64,000 nt of DNA from Ancylonema sp. (lineage: Eukaryota): positions 1 to 64,000 of the forward strand of contig JBFLGF010000012.1 in NCBI GenBank assembly GCA_050230475.1, given 5' to 3'. The notes beneath the pieces were generated by a model that saw only the letters and a list, made by a program, of their open reading frames with translations, did no database searches and was not told the DNA's origin. Within the stretch, counting starts at the first letter, position 1, and each line of letters begins with the position of its first letter. A program made the position numbers and the translations under genes. Of the stretch, positions 1 through 11,607 are shown piece after piece.

Positions 1-288
1 TTACCTTGCCTTAGGTAGTTTTCCAGATCTCGAATCACTCCTTATCATTGAAAAAATATGTATAAAAAAAAATCGATTCAACAAGACAACCGTCATCGAA
101 GTTAAATATGATGGAAATGGAGGAAATGAACAGAGATAATTCATTAAGGATGCACGCATTGGATGGAAGGCCATCATGGCGCATCCCAACCGCCACCTGT
201 CCATTGGGTTCACATAATATGACTACCTCGTGACCCTTGGCGCTAGACTGGGTGGCCAGGCGCGGCGAGTTTTAGATAATTATGTGGA
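1..288. repeat. Inner end of the left arm of a long inverted repeat (partner 5146-5434); runs off the window start
   Basis: 1-288 is the near-exact reverse complement of 5146-5434 (TTACCTTGCCTTAGGTAGTTTTCCAGATCTCG at 1 vs CGAGATCTGGAAAACTACCTAAGGCAAGGTAA ending at 5434). Confidence 0.95.
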
Positions 289-1241
289 CAAGTGGGACCG
301 CACCAACGAAGAACACGTCAATTACGAAGAGGCCGTTACTCGAGAAGTCGACCGGGCGCACTGGCGTCGGTACTACAAACGACAGGCGGTCTACGATCTG
401 TGCCAAGTCCAATCCGGGGCTGGTGTCGATGTCCCTACTAGACCTGATGAGTTGGAGGACCCGGTTTATGATACGGTCAGCCAGCTTGAGTAGTGTCTCT
501 CGGGGAAAGGGTTTGAAGGCATGAAGGTCTATCAAGTACACCAAAGTGTGAGATATAAGTGCTGCAACATAACTTGTATATGAATTTAGTATTAGTTATT
601 TAGATGTAGTTATTTAGATGGCCAAAGTGGCCTATTCAGTTGTTGGGAACTTGTGACGTGTTTGGTGTTGTTTTGGTGTTGTGTGTGGGTCTATAAAATG
701 AGTAACTTGAGCATGATGCTTATATTTTAGAACGTAATGGGTATGCTTGATTTGTATCGGTAATGGTAATTTAGTGTCAGTGACAACGTGGCGACGGCGT
801 TAATTTGCTTGGCGCGCGTGTGCATGTATTTGAAGATTGTGTTTAAACGGTGTAGATCGATCGTTCGATGACTCAAATGTCATTTAGCCGTTAAAGTGTT
901 TTCTGACTTAGCTACGTGACAATAGGTCAGACTTTTGGCTAAATAGATCTAGACTTGCTTCCGAACCACTATAGAGATAGAGACGGAGACGATTCTTCTT
1001 CTTCTCCGGTATTGATTTTTCACTTGCTTTATGTGAAAGAAGCTTCGTCTATGTGCTGCGCTTAATAAGTATGTGTGCAATGAGTGTGTGAATGAGTTTA
1101 TGCACATTTGAGTAAGAGTTAAGTCTGAGTTGACTTAAAGAGTTAAGAGTTGAGTTGAGTGGACGTCTCTATGGCGTCCACAATGTGTTCAATGAGAATG
1201 TGTTGATGGCTAACATTGCTATCTGAGTTATATTGCTGATG

Positions 1242-1301
1242 CAGACGCCGCACTGACGGGCACGCGCCACACTTAGCATTACACACTCAACACACCCCCC
1301 T
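1242..1301 (-). repeat. Remnant of the Copia 3' LTR (1242-1292) plus polypurine tract (1293-1301)
   Basis: CAGACGCCGCACTGACGGGCACGCGCCACACTTAGCATTACACA matches 5101-5144; it ends in TCAACA followed by CACCCCCCT (AGGGGGGTG on the element strand). Confidence 0.85.
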
Positions 1302-2304
1302 ATTGGTAAGTGTGGCAAAAATACTCAACATTCTGCCAAATATAACCTCTCACATCTACTGGCAATTCAATTGGGACCCGATGGCATATCTGTACGACAT
1401 CCCCTCCGAGACAGGTTTCTCCTCGCTGGATTGCGGAGCATCATCCTGGCTAAGCTTGCAGGCAGAGTCAGGCGTGGACTTGCAGCACGGGAGCTGGATA
1501 CGGGAGTTGGTGACAGGATACTGGAGTAGCACCTCTCCCAGGTAGATCTCTGGCAGCAGCATGATTTTTCCGAATACGAACACGTCCTGCAGGAAGGTGC
1601 AAAGCAGCACCCAACCTGGCCCCTTGAACACATCATAGACGCAGAAGTGTGCTGTTAGGCGTTACAGATTGAACTCTGAAAAATCCTTCTCGATGCGCAG
1701 GGACCACATCCGCGGGGACTGGTTGAGTGCGTACATCACCTTCATGAGACGAAGGACCTTTCCCGACATCCTCCTCTAAAATTCTGCCATATAGGAACGC
1801 AGGTGTGACGTTTATGTGCTCCATGTGCAGCTCTCCGGAGGCTGGGTTCAGCCAACATCATGCGAATTATCTCGAAGCGCACGGTAGGCGAGGTCTGAAT
1901 GTAGTCCACCCCCTCCTCTTGCACGAAGCTTGCCACAGAGGCGTCTTGCATTTCGCAACCTTCCCTGACAGCCCCCTTTTCTCCGTAAACACCCATTTCG
2001 AATGAATTACAGGGTTTGCCAGACGGCCTGTCCGCCTGTCCACGCACTTCATACTCCACCAGGGAGGCCCCTGCAGCACACGCTGCCACCCAGGCTACAG
2101 CATCAGGTAATTGCATAGCTTGCTTGGAAGTCATGGGGTCCGCGTCCGACCCCTCCAGTGGTGCCTCAACAAGCATGTCTGCCATGCGGACAGGAGGGAC
2201 ACCTCGTTCTCCTTGCTGCTGCGTCTGGGTCCGGAGGACCTGTGGAGGGGAGGGAATAGGGGGTTGGCAGGGGCTGTGAAGCTGAGACGAGAGGGGCGGC
2301 AGCG

Positions 2305-2538
2305 GCTGGACCGGCTGGGGCAGGTGCGTTAGGAGCAGCTCTGTCTGACTGCTGCAGTGGCAGGGGCTGAACATGTAGGACGAGCGCGTCCACAGCGGCT
2401 GAAGCTGCAACTGCTGGACCGGCTGGGGCAGGTGCGTTAGGAGCAGCTGCGTCTGACTGCTTGAGTGGCAGGGGATGAACAGGTAGGACGAGCGCGTCCA
2501 CAGCGGCTGGAGCTCCAGCTGCTGGACCGGCTGGGGCT
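2305..2538. repeat. 108-bp in-frame tandem repeat (~2.2 copies) in the Copia IN-RT linker
   Basis: GCTGGACCGGCTGGGGC recurs at 2305, 2413 and 2521; encodes the repeated AAVDALVL..QSD.AAPNAPAPAGPA peptide. Confidence 0.9.
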
Positions 2539-4776
2539 GCTGGGGTAGCTGCGGCTAGAGGCTGCGAAGAGGCCTCGTCAGACGGCGACCCATCATTTGG
2601 TGAGCCGTCGATGACCTCTGTACCTGGGGGTGGGGGAAGGGCTGCAGGGAAGATGAGAGGTGCGTCGTCATCCCCAGCACCTCCATGGGGGGGCGCACGC
2701 CACCAGGTTGTAAGGTCCTTCGTCTTGTCTTGCACAGTCCTGTTTTATCTTGCACAGTCCGGTTCCACCGCTCCGCCAGCCTGTTGCTCTCCGGGGAGCG
2801 AGGTGACGTGGTCTGCAGTAGCACTCCCATCAGCGCCATCGACGATTTGAACGCAGACGAGGTAAACTCGCCCCCATTGTCTGTACGCAGCTTTAGAAGC
2901 TTTGTATGAGACTGCCCCTCTGCAACCCCCTTCCACTCCATAATAATTGCGTATCGTAAACACCCATGAAAACCTTGTGTAGACATCCAGGATGCCTAGG
3001 AAGTAGGAGGCACCACCTAGGCTGCTGGGCTTCACGGGCCCAGCCAGGTCCATGACCACCAGCTCGAGAGCATAGGTAGTGGTGTGGCTGAATGACGGCC
3101 GGGTGGGGAGGCCGGTCAGTTTTCCAAGTTTGCAGGGGTCGCACTGACGCCGCCTTTTATCTGACCTACACCCGTGGCCATGTTGTCTTGCAGCAGATGA
3201 TGCAGCGCAGCCTCCCCACTGTGGCCGAGGCGTCGATGGAGGAGATTCATGGTCAGCGACCCGACGAGAGCCTCAGCTTGGTGGACCGAGGGCAGGGTAG
3301 GGGGCCGATAGATCAGCTTACAATCGAGAGTGAGACGTCCATTTTCGGATAGGAGAGCCACGGCGTAGCCTCCTGTAGGGACCCTCTTGTTGATAACCAC
3401 CTTTCCCTCCACCTTGTCGTAGACCGGGATGAAGTTTGCCGCTCTGAATTTTTGTAATGAAACGATGTTGAAGTCCATTCCCTGAATGACAACACCTCTG
3501 TGAGCGTAAGCTTTTGTTTTCCGTTCTCCCCATCGACCTCTAGCACCACTGTCCCCCAATGAGTTACCTCCACCGTGCCTTGCACTTGGTTAATTCTGAA
3601 TGGTCCCGGAAGAGGGAGCATCTCCCAAAAGAACTCTCGATTGTGTACTATGTGATGGCTTGCTCCCGTGTCCGCTAGGAAGGTTGTCGACTTGTCTGCC
3701 CCCACCGCCATTGCTTCACCCCACACCATTGATGCACCCTGAACTGTTGAAGGGGTCGAAGGTAGCGACACTGAAGAGTCGTGATGAAAATCACAACTTG
3801 TCAGTGTGGCCACAGCCGAGTAACCATCCCCATGAAAGAATGACGCCTCCCGGCGAGGCCCACCCTCTTGTTGTTGTTTCTTTTCAGGGCGCGCCTTTTC
3901 GAGATGACCGACGCGGCTGCAGAACTGGCACACAGACTTTGAGTGTTAGCAGTCCTTCGCGTAGTGCCCCTTGTCCCCACAGCAATAGCAAACTGTATGG
4001 GAGGCGGCCGGTCGGCTCCCGGAAGGTCTTGAAGAATCCTTCATGCGTTGGGCCCATAGTATCTCGGCTTCCAACTTGACTGCATCTGCGAAGGCTGCAG
4101 AGCCGGGGAGAGAAGTAGCATGATTCTTCTGGTGTTCAGCATCGTCATCACGCATGGAGGAGAAGATCTGCTGGAGATCTTGCTTAACCGCAACGTGTTG
4201 GTAACTCTTTTTCAAATAGGTGTAGCGTTCGTTTGGCTGAGATATAATCATGCGCTCCATCATATGAGCGTCGAGATTGACTCCTTGCTAAGCACACTTC
4301 TCGATGATGGCCTCGTACCTCTCGATGGTCTCATCTGCTGTTTCTGTTTCGACATGCTGAAATTGAAGAAACGCCATATGCGCCGCCTCCGCACCCATTT
4401 CAGATTGCCTCGCAAATTTTTGCTGAGCTTTTCCCAAGTTGCGACCGGATCGTGCAAGACGGCTGTGACTGAGAGAATTTCTGTGTCAGAGATGGAGTCA
4501 GCAATGAGGCATGCTGCCTTGAGATATGCATCCTCAAAGGCGTCCTGTTTCTCGTTTGCCTCGTTTATGGCGGCTTGATTTGTGTGTGCTTCTCCAAACA
4601 CAATGACTGGATCGGGAGCTCGGTTCGGACGTCTTCGTGTGCTTGAAACCAGATCCCATAACCTGTTGACAAGCAGCACTGCTTTCATCTTGCCTGCCCA
4701 AGCCGTGTCGTTAGAAGACTACTTGATGTCCTGAATCGTGTCCCTTCATTAGAGACGGCTCTGATGAGACGGCTCT

Positions 4777-5146
4777 CTCTGATACCATGTTGAATCGACT
4801 CGAGACATTACGACGGAAATGTAAAGTGCAGATTGCTTCACTTGAATGGCTATGTGTCTGTCACAGCATGCTCATGTACGCGAATAGATCACTGAGAAGT
4901 ATTAGTGATCTTTGAGAGAGTACAATGGATAAGAAGCTTGCTAGGATCAGGCATAGACGTGGCGGAGGCCGACGTCTATGCGGCGGCGGCACTAAGCTGA
5001 CCAATAAGGAGTCAGCTTGAAGCGAACGGGGTTAAGCAAGACGAAACTTGGCGAATCTAGGAAAACCCGGGCGGTAGTACTGACACACCGCACTGACGGG
5101 CAGACGCCGCACTGACGGGCACGCGCCACACTTAGCATTACACAAT
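4777..5146 (-). repeat. Copia primer-binding site (4777-4787) and 5' LTR (4788-~5146)
   Basis: The minus strand reads ...TCAACA|TGGTATCAGAG, the canonical initiator Met-tRNA PBS directly after the LTR terminal CA. Confidence 0.88.
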
Positions 5147-7042
5147 CCACAATAAGGATCTAAAACTCGCCGCGCCTGGCCACCCAGTCCAGCGCCAAGG
5201 GTCACGAGGTAGTCATATTATGTGAACCCAATGGACAGGTGACGGTTGGGATGCGCCATGATGGCCTTCCATCCAATGCGTGCATCCTTAATGAATACTC
5301 TCTGTTCATTTCCTCCATTTCCATCATATTTAACTTCGATGACGGTTGCCTTGTTGAATTGATTTTTTTATATACATATTTTTTCAATGATAAGGAGTGA
5401 TTCGAGATCTGGAAAACTACCTAAGGCAAGGTAACGCCTTTGGTTTACTGTAGAGTGTTGAAATACTTCCGATCTCACTGAAGAGGATGATATTACTCAA
5501 ATGCAAGACATTCACATAAGTTGAAAATACCAACCGAACCGCAATCAGATTACAAAGAGATTGCAAGAGTGAATTTGATAGCGGTTCCCGAGGTGTTCAG
5601 ATCTCGAATGAGATGTGAAACACAAAGCTTACAATTTTGATATCTTCCGCTTCCTGGCTGCCTACGATCGGCTTGCAAAGCATAAAATATCACTTGCCGT
5701 CAAAACATACTTCCTAGTCGATTTCTAGCCAAGTACTCTGCAAATGCCGGCACTCAAATTACTACGATGCAACGCATGGCTGCCACGCACTATCTTGTGC
5801 TGCCTTGCCATCTAATGGCATTGCCGATCTAAGATTTTCATGGTGCATGCTTTACGATACAACAATGCAGAGAAAATATAAATTGGCATATGTAAACTCA
5901 AATAGGATGTACAATGACTAGGTTATTAAACGCGCACAAGTGTATTGCGGATCTAGACTAGATCATTAGGCTATGTGTTGCAACCATGCAACCAGATATA
6001 AAGTCATTGTTCGATAGAACACGAGGATCACACGTGCAAGTATGACACGATGCTAGATGGCACGACACACATGTGTGTGGCGTGGATCTGGACTAGACCA
6101 TGTTGCACGTGTGAGCGGACACATATGTGGTGAAGTTGTTTTTCGCACGCGTGTGGGGTATTTTACAATGATGTTCGTTAGAACGATAATGTGACACGTG
6201 TGAGGATGGCACAATGTTAGATGACACAACACATGCGCTCTTAGATGTGCAACCATTTGCAAAGCATTCTAGCTCTTTGAGCTTAAAGACTAAGTCTAAG
6301 GTGTCTAGTGATGTGATACCTTTAAAAGCATCAAAACAATACTATCGCACATTAATAAATACCTGTCGTCGTTGTCGGGACCTTTTAAAAAGATTTACAT
6401 GCCAACGAGTGCTCCGATTCGTTTATGATATTCATGTTTAGTGGATGTTTAGATACCGGTTTGGTGACACGTGAGAGTGATTTACCCCATCGATAACTAT
6501 ACTATGTAGTACGGTAACCCAATTTTATTTTACCGGAGACTGGAGACGGGTCCAATTGAATTAGACAAGGATTTCATCCCGGATTTAGTACACCAACCTT
6601 TTAGTGTACCTATTCGCATTTTACACTTGTATAGTTATAATCTAGTTCCAGTCTTATTCTAAATTTTCCAGTCCAATTTGATGCGTGTCCTATGCACCCA
6701 GTCTCGCTAGTCTCAATTGCGGAAATAAAGAGGAGATAATTACAATCCAAACGCACAACAAAAAAAAAAAACCAAAAAAAAAAGGTTAGAAATGTAGGTT
6801 TTTCGCTCGGATTTTTTCTTTTGTTTTATCACACGTGTCCAGTCTCATTACAATATACTCAATCACATGTCGAACGTGTCTAGTCTGATTTGCACGTGTC
6901 TAGCCTGGCTAACCGGAGCAACATTATAGTCCGGACTCGAAATCCCAGTTCCCAATCTACAGTGGCCGATTGAAACATAGTTTTCAGCTCATTCTGGGCA
7001 CTGGTTTGAGACTAGAGACTAGGCGCCATGCAAATACCAAGC
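5146..7042. mobile_element. Right arm (~1.9 kb) of a non-coding long-inverted-repeat (foldback/Mutator-like) element
   Basis: The inner part is inverted to 1-288; ~6065-7042 has a diverged direct copy at ~27190-28166 with the same terminus (GGCGCCATGCA.ATACC.AGC); it truncates the Gypsy RT frame at ~7043. Superfamily is inferred. Confidence 0.75.
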
Positions 7043-7610
7043 GAACGATTAGCTTCTCGCAACGCCAGTTTGTGGTAACCAGACCTCAAGTCAAGCTTGC
7101 TAAATATCTTGGCTCCTTTCATGTCGTTGAATATGGTGTCAATCAATGGTACCTGGTACCGATCCAAATCAGTTTCGGAGTTTAGTGGTCGGTAGTCACC
7201 GCATTTCTGGAAGTCAGTGTAGTTCCCGTCTTCATCCTTTTTCCTCACCATTACTGTGGCTGAAGCGTAGTGTGATTAATTTGATCTTCGGATGAAACCC
7301 AATTTTTCAAGTTTTTCACGTCGTTCTTCCACAAATGTCATTTCTTTCTCACCCAATTTGTGAGGGGGTCTAAAAACGTCTTTTTGAGAGTTCAAATTCA
7401 TTTCCATTGGGGGTCCTGTATAACGTTCCAATTCTTCAATGGAGTATGCAAAGCGGTCATTGTTTTTCGACAATGTCTTTAGCACATCTATTTTATCATG
7501 TTCTTTAAGACTTCCTCCAATTTTCCATTTTTTTGAAAGAATGCTGATTTGTCTCGGTCAGGTGTGGTGCCTGGAGTATTTCCTTTGGACACATCCCCGT
7601 AAAATTTTCC
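7043..7610 (-). mobile_element. Ty3/Gypsy reverse transcriptase fragment (internal stop)
   Basis: LEKLGFIRRSN*SHYASATVMVRKKD...CGDYRPLNSETDLDRYQVPLIDTIFNDMKGAKIFSKLDLRSGYHKL; cut by the repeat arm on one side and the N at 7611 on the other. Confidence 0.92.
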
Positions 7611-7783
7611 NATCATCTAGGATCTATGACAAATTTACATTAAGCATGTATTGAACCAAAAAATAGTGTGCAAAGACAACCTCATAAGTTGGCAATAGCC
7701 AACCTGCAAACAACTATTGAGGCACTTTCATGATTCCAAAGTACATAGGAATCTAAATCTTAGATTTTGACAAATGTACTTTG

Positions 7784-10361
7784 CTAAACAGGCAGCACTC
7801 TATTGCTATCACTTCTCATTGGCTCTGGAAGAACTGTCGTCAAAGTTTTGAACCCCTTGGGCATCGTTGCTTCGGGAGCATACTTAGAGATGATCGGCGA
7901 ACAACAAACTCCATATATGTTTTTTAGCCAAGCTTGGAAGGGGGGCACATTAACTTTTGGGCCACCTTTTCTTGATTTTATGTATTGCTTGGTGGTGAAA
8001 TCTGCCAGCAGAGGGGACAGGAGTGCTTCGGATCAGGTAGAAACTCATAACACCTCAAAATCGATTGCAGAAAGTTTCGCATAAGACTGCGTGAAGTAGA
8101 CAGGATATGGATGTTGGACCATGCTCTGCCTCCCTTCATCTCCCACCAATGAAAGGCATTCTCCTTCTTCTGCCCCTTCACCCACTCAAGGTCCCATCTT
8201 GCCCACATACACTTGCACTCTACCCTTTTCTGATTCCATGTCCCTGCCCGAAATGCAGTGAGGGAGTACGTACCGCACACGAGGATGGTGCAGTGGACTA
8301 CAGCAAAAAAGAAGAGCATGGTGACATAGAAGTAGAGGAACACGAGGCAAGCGTAAACCATCATTTGCCAGTCTCCCCAATTCATATGGTGGCGACCCCT
8401 GCAGCCCAAACAAGATTTGGAATCAGATCACTGCATTGCTGTCTGCCAAAACGCCCGCTCAAAAGGTCCATCTATGCTCATAGCAAAGAGCACAAAGAAG
8501 GAATGTGACACAGCATAACCTCTCTAACACAGAAGCCATCTCGGAATATGCGAAGCACCTGCCCCACTCTTCCTCTTGTATCCGCAGCAAAGTGGCAGCC
8601 AGTAGCAACGCCGCTCCCTGCAGATCGCCAATGTGAAGCATATGGTAAGAAGGCTGAAGCTACGGCTGCATGTATCTGGAAACAGAAGCAATTCTTTTTG
8701 CCATCTTTGTGACATCATCACATGAACTCCTCTACTGGACAGCAGGGGATAGACATACAGTGGACGAGCAGAAGAGAAACGCCACGAAAAATCTGTGGTT
8801 CTTCTTCGCTACGCACGTCCCCACTGCTCCACAGTGGTGATCAAATCTCTGTGCAGGGAGCACATGACAGGATACGATGAAATAAGGATCACAGCAGAAA
8901 GTTGACGATCGGACCATGCATATGGCGATCAGACAAGCATGCAATTAACAGATGAGACAGATGAGGCAAACAGATGAACAGATGAGGCAAACAGACATGT
9001 GGTTGCCAGCAGAATTCGGTGACGAAATCTGACTCCGGAAAGCGGGTGGGGGAAGCCTAACCTCCATGCAATAGCCACATTTACTACAATGGCTGGTCCG
9101 CGGTTGTCTCCAGATGTTGCATGTACTGCAGTACCGCTCAATCGCCTCGCTTTCCCCCGAGGGAGTCAGTCTTTCTCTCACCCATTGCCCTCTCTCGTCT
9201 TGCACCAAGTCGGACGCCACCGTCCCCATCTCCGCCAAAGCGATCAAGGGATCTGCACAGTATGCGTTGCTCGAACGACTCTCAGACAGATTCCAGATGC
9301 GACTGAAATCGCAGCCGCATGTCGTCAACAAGGAACGCAACCAGAACTGCTGGCCTCTGTTAAAAGCAAGAGGGCCTCCTCACAGGGCAAAAGGGCCTCT
9401 GTGAGGGGAGCCTTACTTCAGCAGTAAGGCTCTCATGCGGATGCCGCAGGAGGAGCAAGCAGGAGTAAATACTCGATGCGACCTCTCATCTTTATCTGTG
9501 GGGGCTAAAGCTGGCACAGTATAGCAACAAGCTGTTCTTCAAGCCCTCGCTGGCAGGGCGTGTGAGTCTGAAGTAGACAGTATTCGACGGTTGCCCTGTG
9601 AGTCCCCGTGAACGGCTGTGTAAACTCATAAAATTCAATCGGACAGTGACATCAGCCACTGTCAGGATGCTCCATCAGTCGTTTCCACTGTCTAGTTGAA
9701 ACCGTTACTAAAAATATTTGATCAGCTCAATACTCTGTTCCTGAGACGGAAGTATCGGGATACTACCTTTCAAATTGCTGGGAGGAATTATGCCGGGGTC
9801 GATCCTCTCCACGATGATCAAGAAAAACAAGGCCAGGACTCCACATATCCCTACTCCGATTGTGAACCCAATCTTCGCTAAGGGATTCTCTAAGTCGGAG
9901 ATCCTGAGAACAAGAGGAGAAAATGTCAGTCGGTATGCTTACGTGGTATACAAAAATCAGCGAGAGTCGTATGAATTCTAGCTAGTTTCTGGCATCAAGC
10001 TTTTGATTTTCATATTTATATCGATGAGAATGATTGCGCTCTCAAGCTTTCCCCTAACAGTCATTATTGTTAAAATCCCGGTGTGATCGTTTGCGGATGG
10101 TTAGACATTCTAAAGTTTTTCACAGTCTGAGGGGAACTTTGCACAGTTTGAAATGATAACCGCCGGAATTTCTGCAGCGGCCAGAAATATAAATGAATTC
10201 TCGTGCTCTGGTAGACTTATCACTTACACGAAACCGAAGCCTAACCCGACACAGGAGAAAATGAGGAATACTAAAGACCACCACCCGCAAGAGTCGTCAG
10301 TCCATTTTGGCACATCGTAGTCCTCGTCTTCGTAAGGCGGCGGATTTCCAAAATCCTGCAT
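7784..10361 (-). CDS. DHHC-type protein S-acyltransferase (palmitoyltransferase), multi-exon
   Basis: Exon 1 [14 protein letters not shown]...[18 protein letters not shown] (10361-10228); exon 2 with TM and DPG motif (ERIDPGII); [25 protein letters not shown] spliced to [21 protein letters not shown]; two more TM exons. The 3' exon structure and stop at 7784 are less certain. Confidence 0.9.
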
Positions 10362-11029
10362 CGTAAGCTACATGCACGAGAAACTTCCCTCCTCTCGACT
10401 GCGTTCTGATTCAATACTGCCTACAACCCTGGTCAAAGTTGGAGCCGGTTAGGCATCTCCATTTTAAATCCTTTGCTTCGCGGGGCGTCACCTACTTCCG
10501 ACCCCCATCCTTCTCATCATTCGTAGCCTCGTCTTCTCAAAGCCTAACAGTCAGTCTGCTGTGCTCTGGCTGCGGTCAGCGGCTGCGCTCAACAATCGGT
10601 GAATGACATGTGATGGTTGCAAATTTTGTTACTCAACATCGGCTTCCATGTGTACCACATTTGGACTGCAGCCGGTGACATTCTGATACAAATCGGATAT
10701 GTAATATACGATCAGACGAGTACAAGTGCATCTGTTGCCGGCAAATTCTCGGGTCGCTATTGGTTCGTGTCAACAGAACGCACCCTGTGTCCGACAGCGC
10801 GCATGACATGCTTGAGGAAGTACAGTGGCTGGGGATTGTCGCCATCTGTTGTCCTTGCTTCGTACCACCTTAAAACAGCAGATCCTGTGTCCAGGAGAAA
10901 GTAACGGTGAATCGGTGCCGGATGCCACCAACCGTTTTCTGCGAATTTCAGCTGACGTCGGATTCACGGGACGCGATTTCGAACCCGACAATATTACAAT
11001 ATCTGGACTCGTCGGACTGGATTTATCGG

Positions 11030-11607
11030 CTCCCGGGAGGCGCGGAGGGCGTGTCGCTATTGTGATTTCGGATGCAGCGGTGGGGCACACTTGTTGACAT
11101 TGTTGTTGCAGACCCTACCCGTCGTGATTTGGTAGAGCGCGCCGCTAGACATGACCTAGTCGCTGCCACAGATGCGGAGCGAAGGAAGGAAACCCACTAT
11201 CGGGATCGAGCAGCTGGGACGAAATTTGTGCCCTTTGCTCTACGTACGGTGCATTGTCTGATAGGTCGGATCTATTTTTGGTCAAGTGTGCAACGTTAGG
11301 ATCTAGAGAGTGTTCACGACCCTCCAATAGCTTATTGAGCACATGGTTCCGTCAGAGACCGTCGATTGCATTGCAACGGTCGTTAGCACATACGACACAT
11401 GCCAGAACCCTACGTCTAGAGCAATCCATGGCCTTGTTACCTCCCCCACCACTGCGCGTTCCACTTTCTTCTTCGGAATTGCATATTGTTGCTAGTTTTT
11501 TCTAGAACGATCGGCTCACATATTTGTCGTCTTTTAGGATATTTAGTTTCTTTACAAGCACGTTCTTGTGATGAGATGGGGTCGTTTTTCATGAATATAC
11601 AATTCTC
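11030..11607 (+). mobile_element. 3' fragment of a CRE-like non-LTR retrotransposon (restriction-like endonuclease domain plus 3' UTR), frameshifted
   Basis: Across frames: GGRVAIV...LVDIVVADP...AATDAERRKETHY...FVPFAL-TYGALS...FL...WFRQRPSIALQRSLA, the pattern I recognise from CRE-clade RLE C-termini; the 3' tail recurs inverted at 45542-45730. Confidence 0.75.

Larger units (their letters stand above)
1242..5146 (-). mobile_element. Degenerate Ty1/Copia LTR retrotransposon (gag-PR-IN-RT-RH, many frameshifts and deletions)
   Basis: Minus-strand fragments in Copia order: gag (4688-3946) with zinc knuckles CYCCGDKGHYAKDC and CQFCSRVGHLEK, protease FLADTGASHH, pre-integrase LLHRRLGH, integrase DLAGP/LRTDNGGEF/ESNRLAERWNRT, RT remnants (SKWVFTEK, QEEGVDY, FLYGRILEE); PBS and PPT present. 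Confidence 0.93.

Noticed and set aside
1201..1292. TGTTGA...TCAACA as a complete 92-bp LTR
   Set aside because: 1201-1241 does not match the 5' LTR beyond the first six bases.
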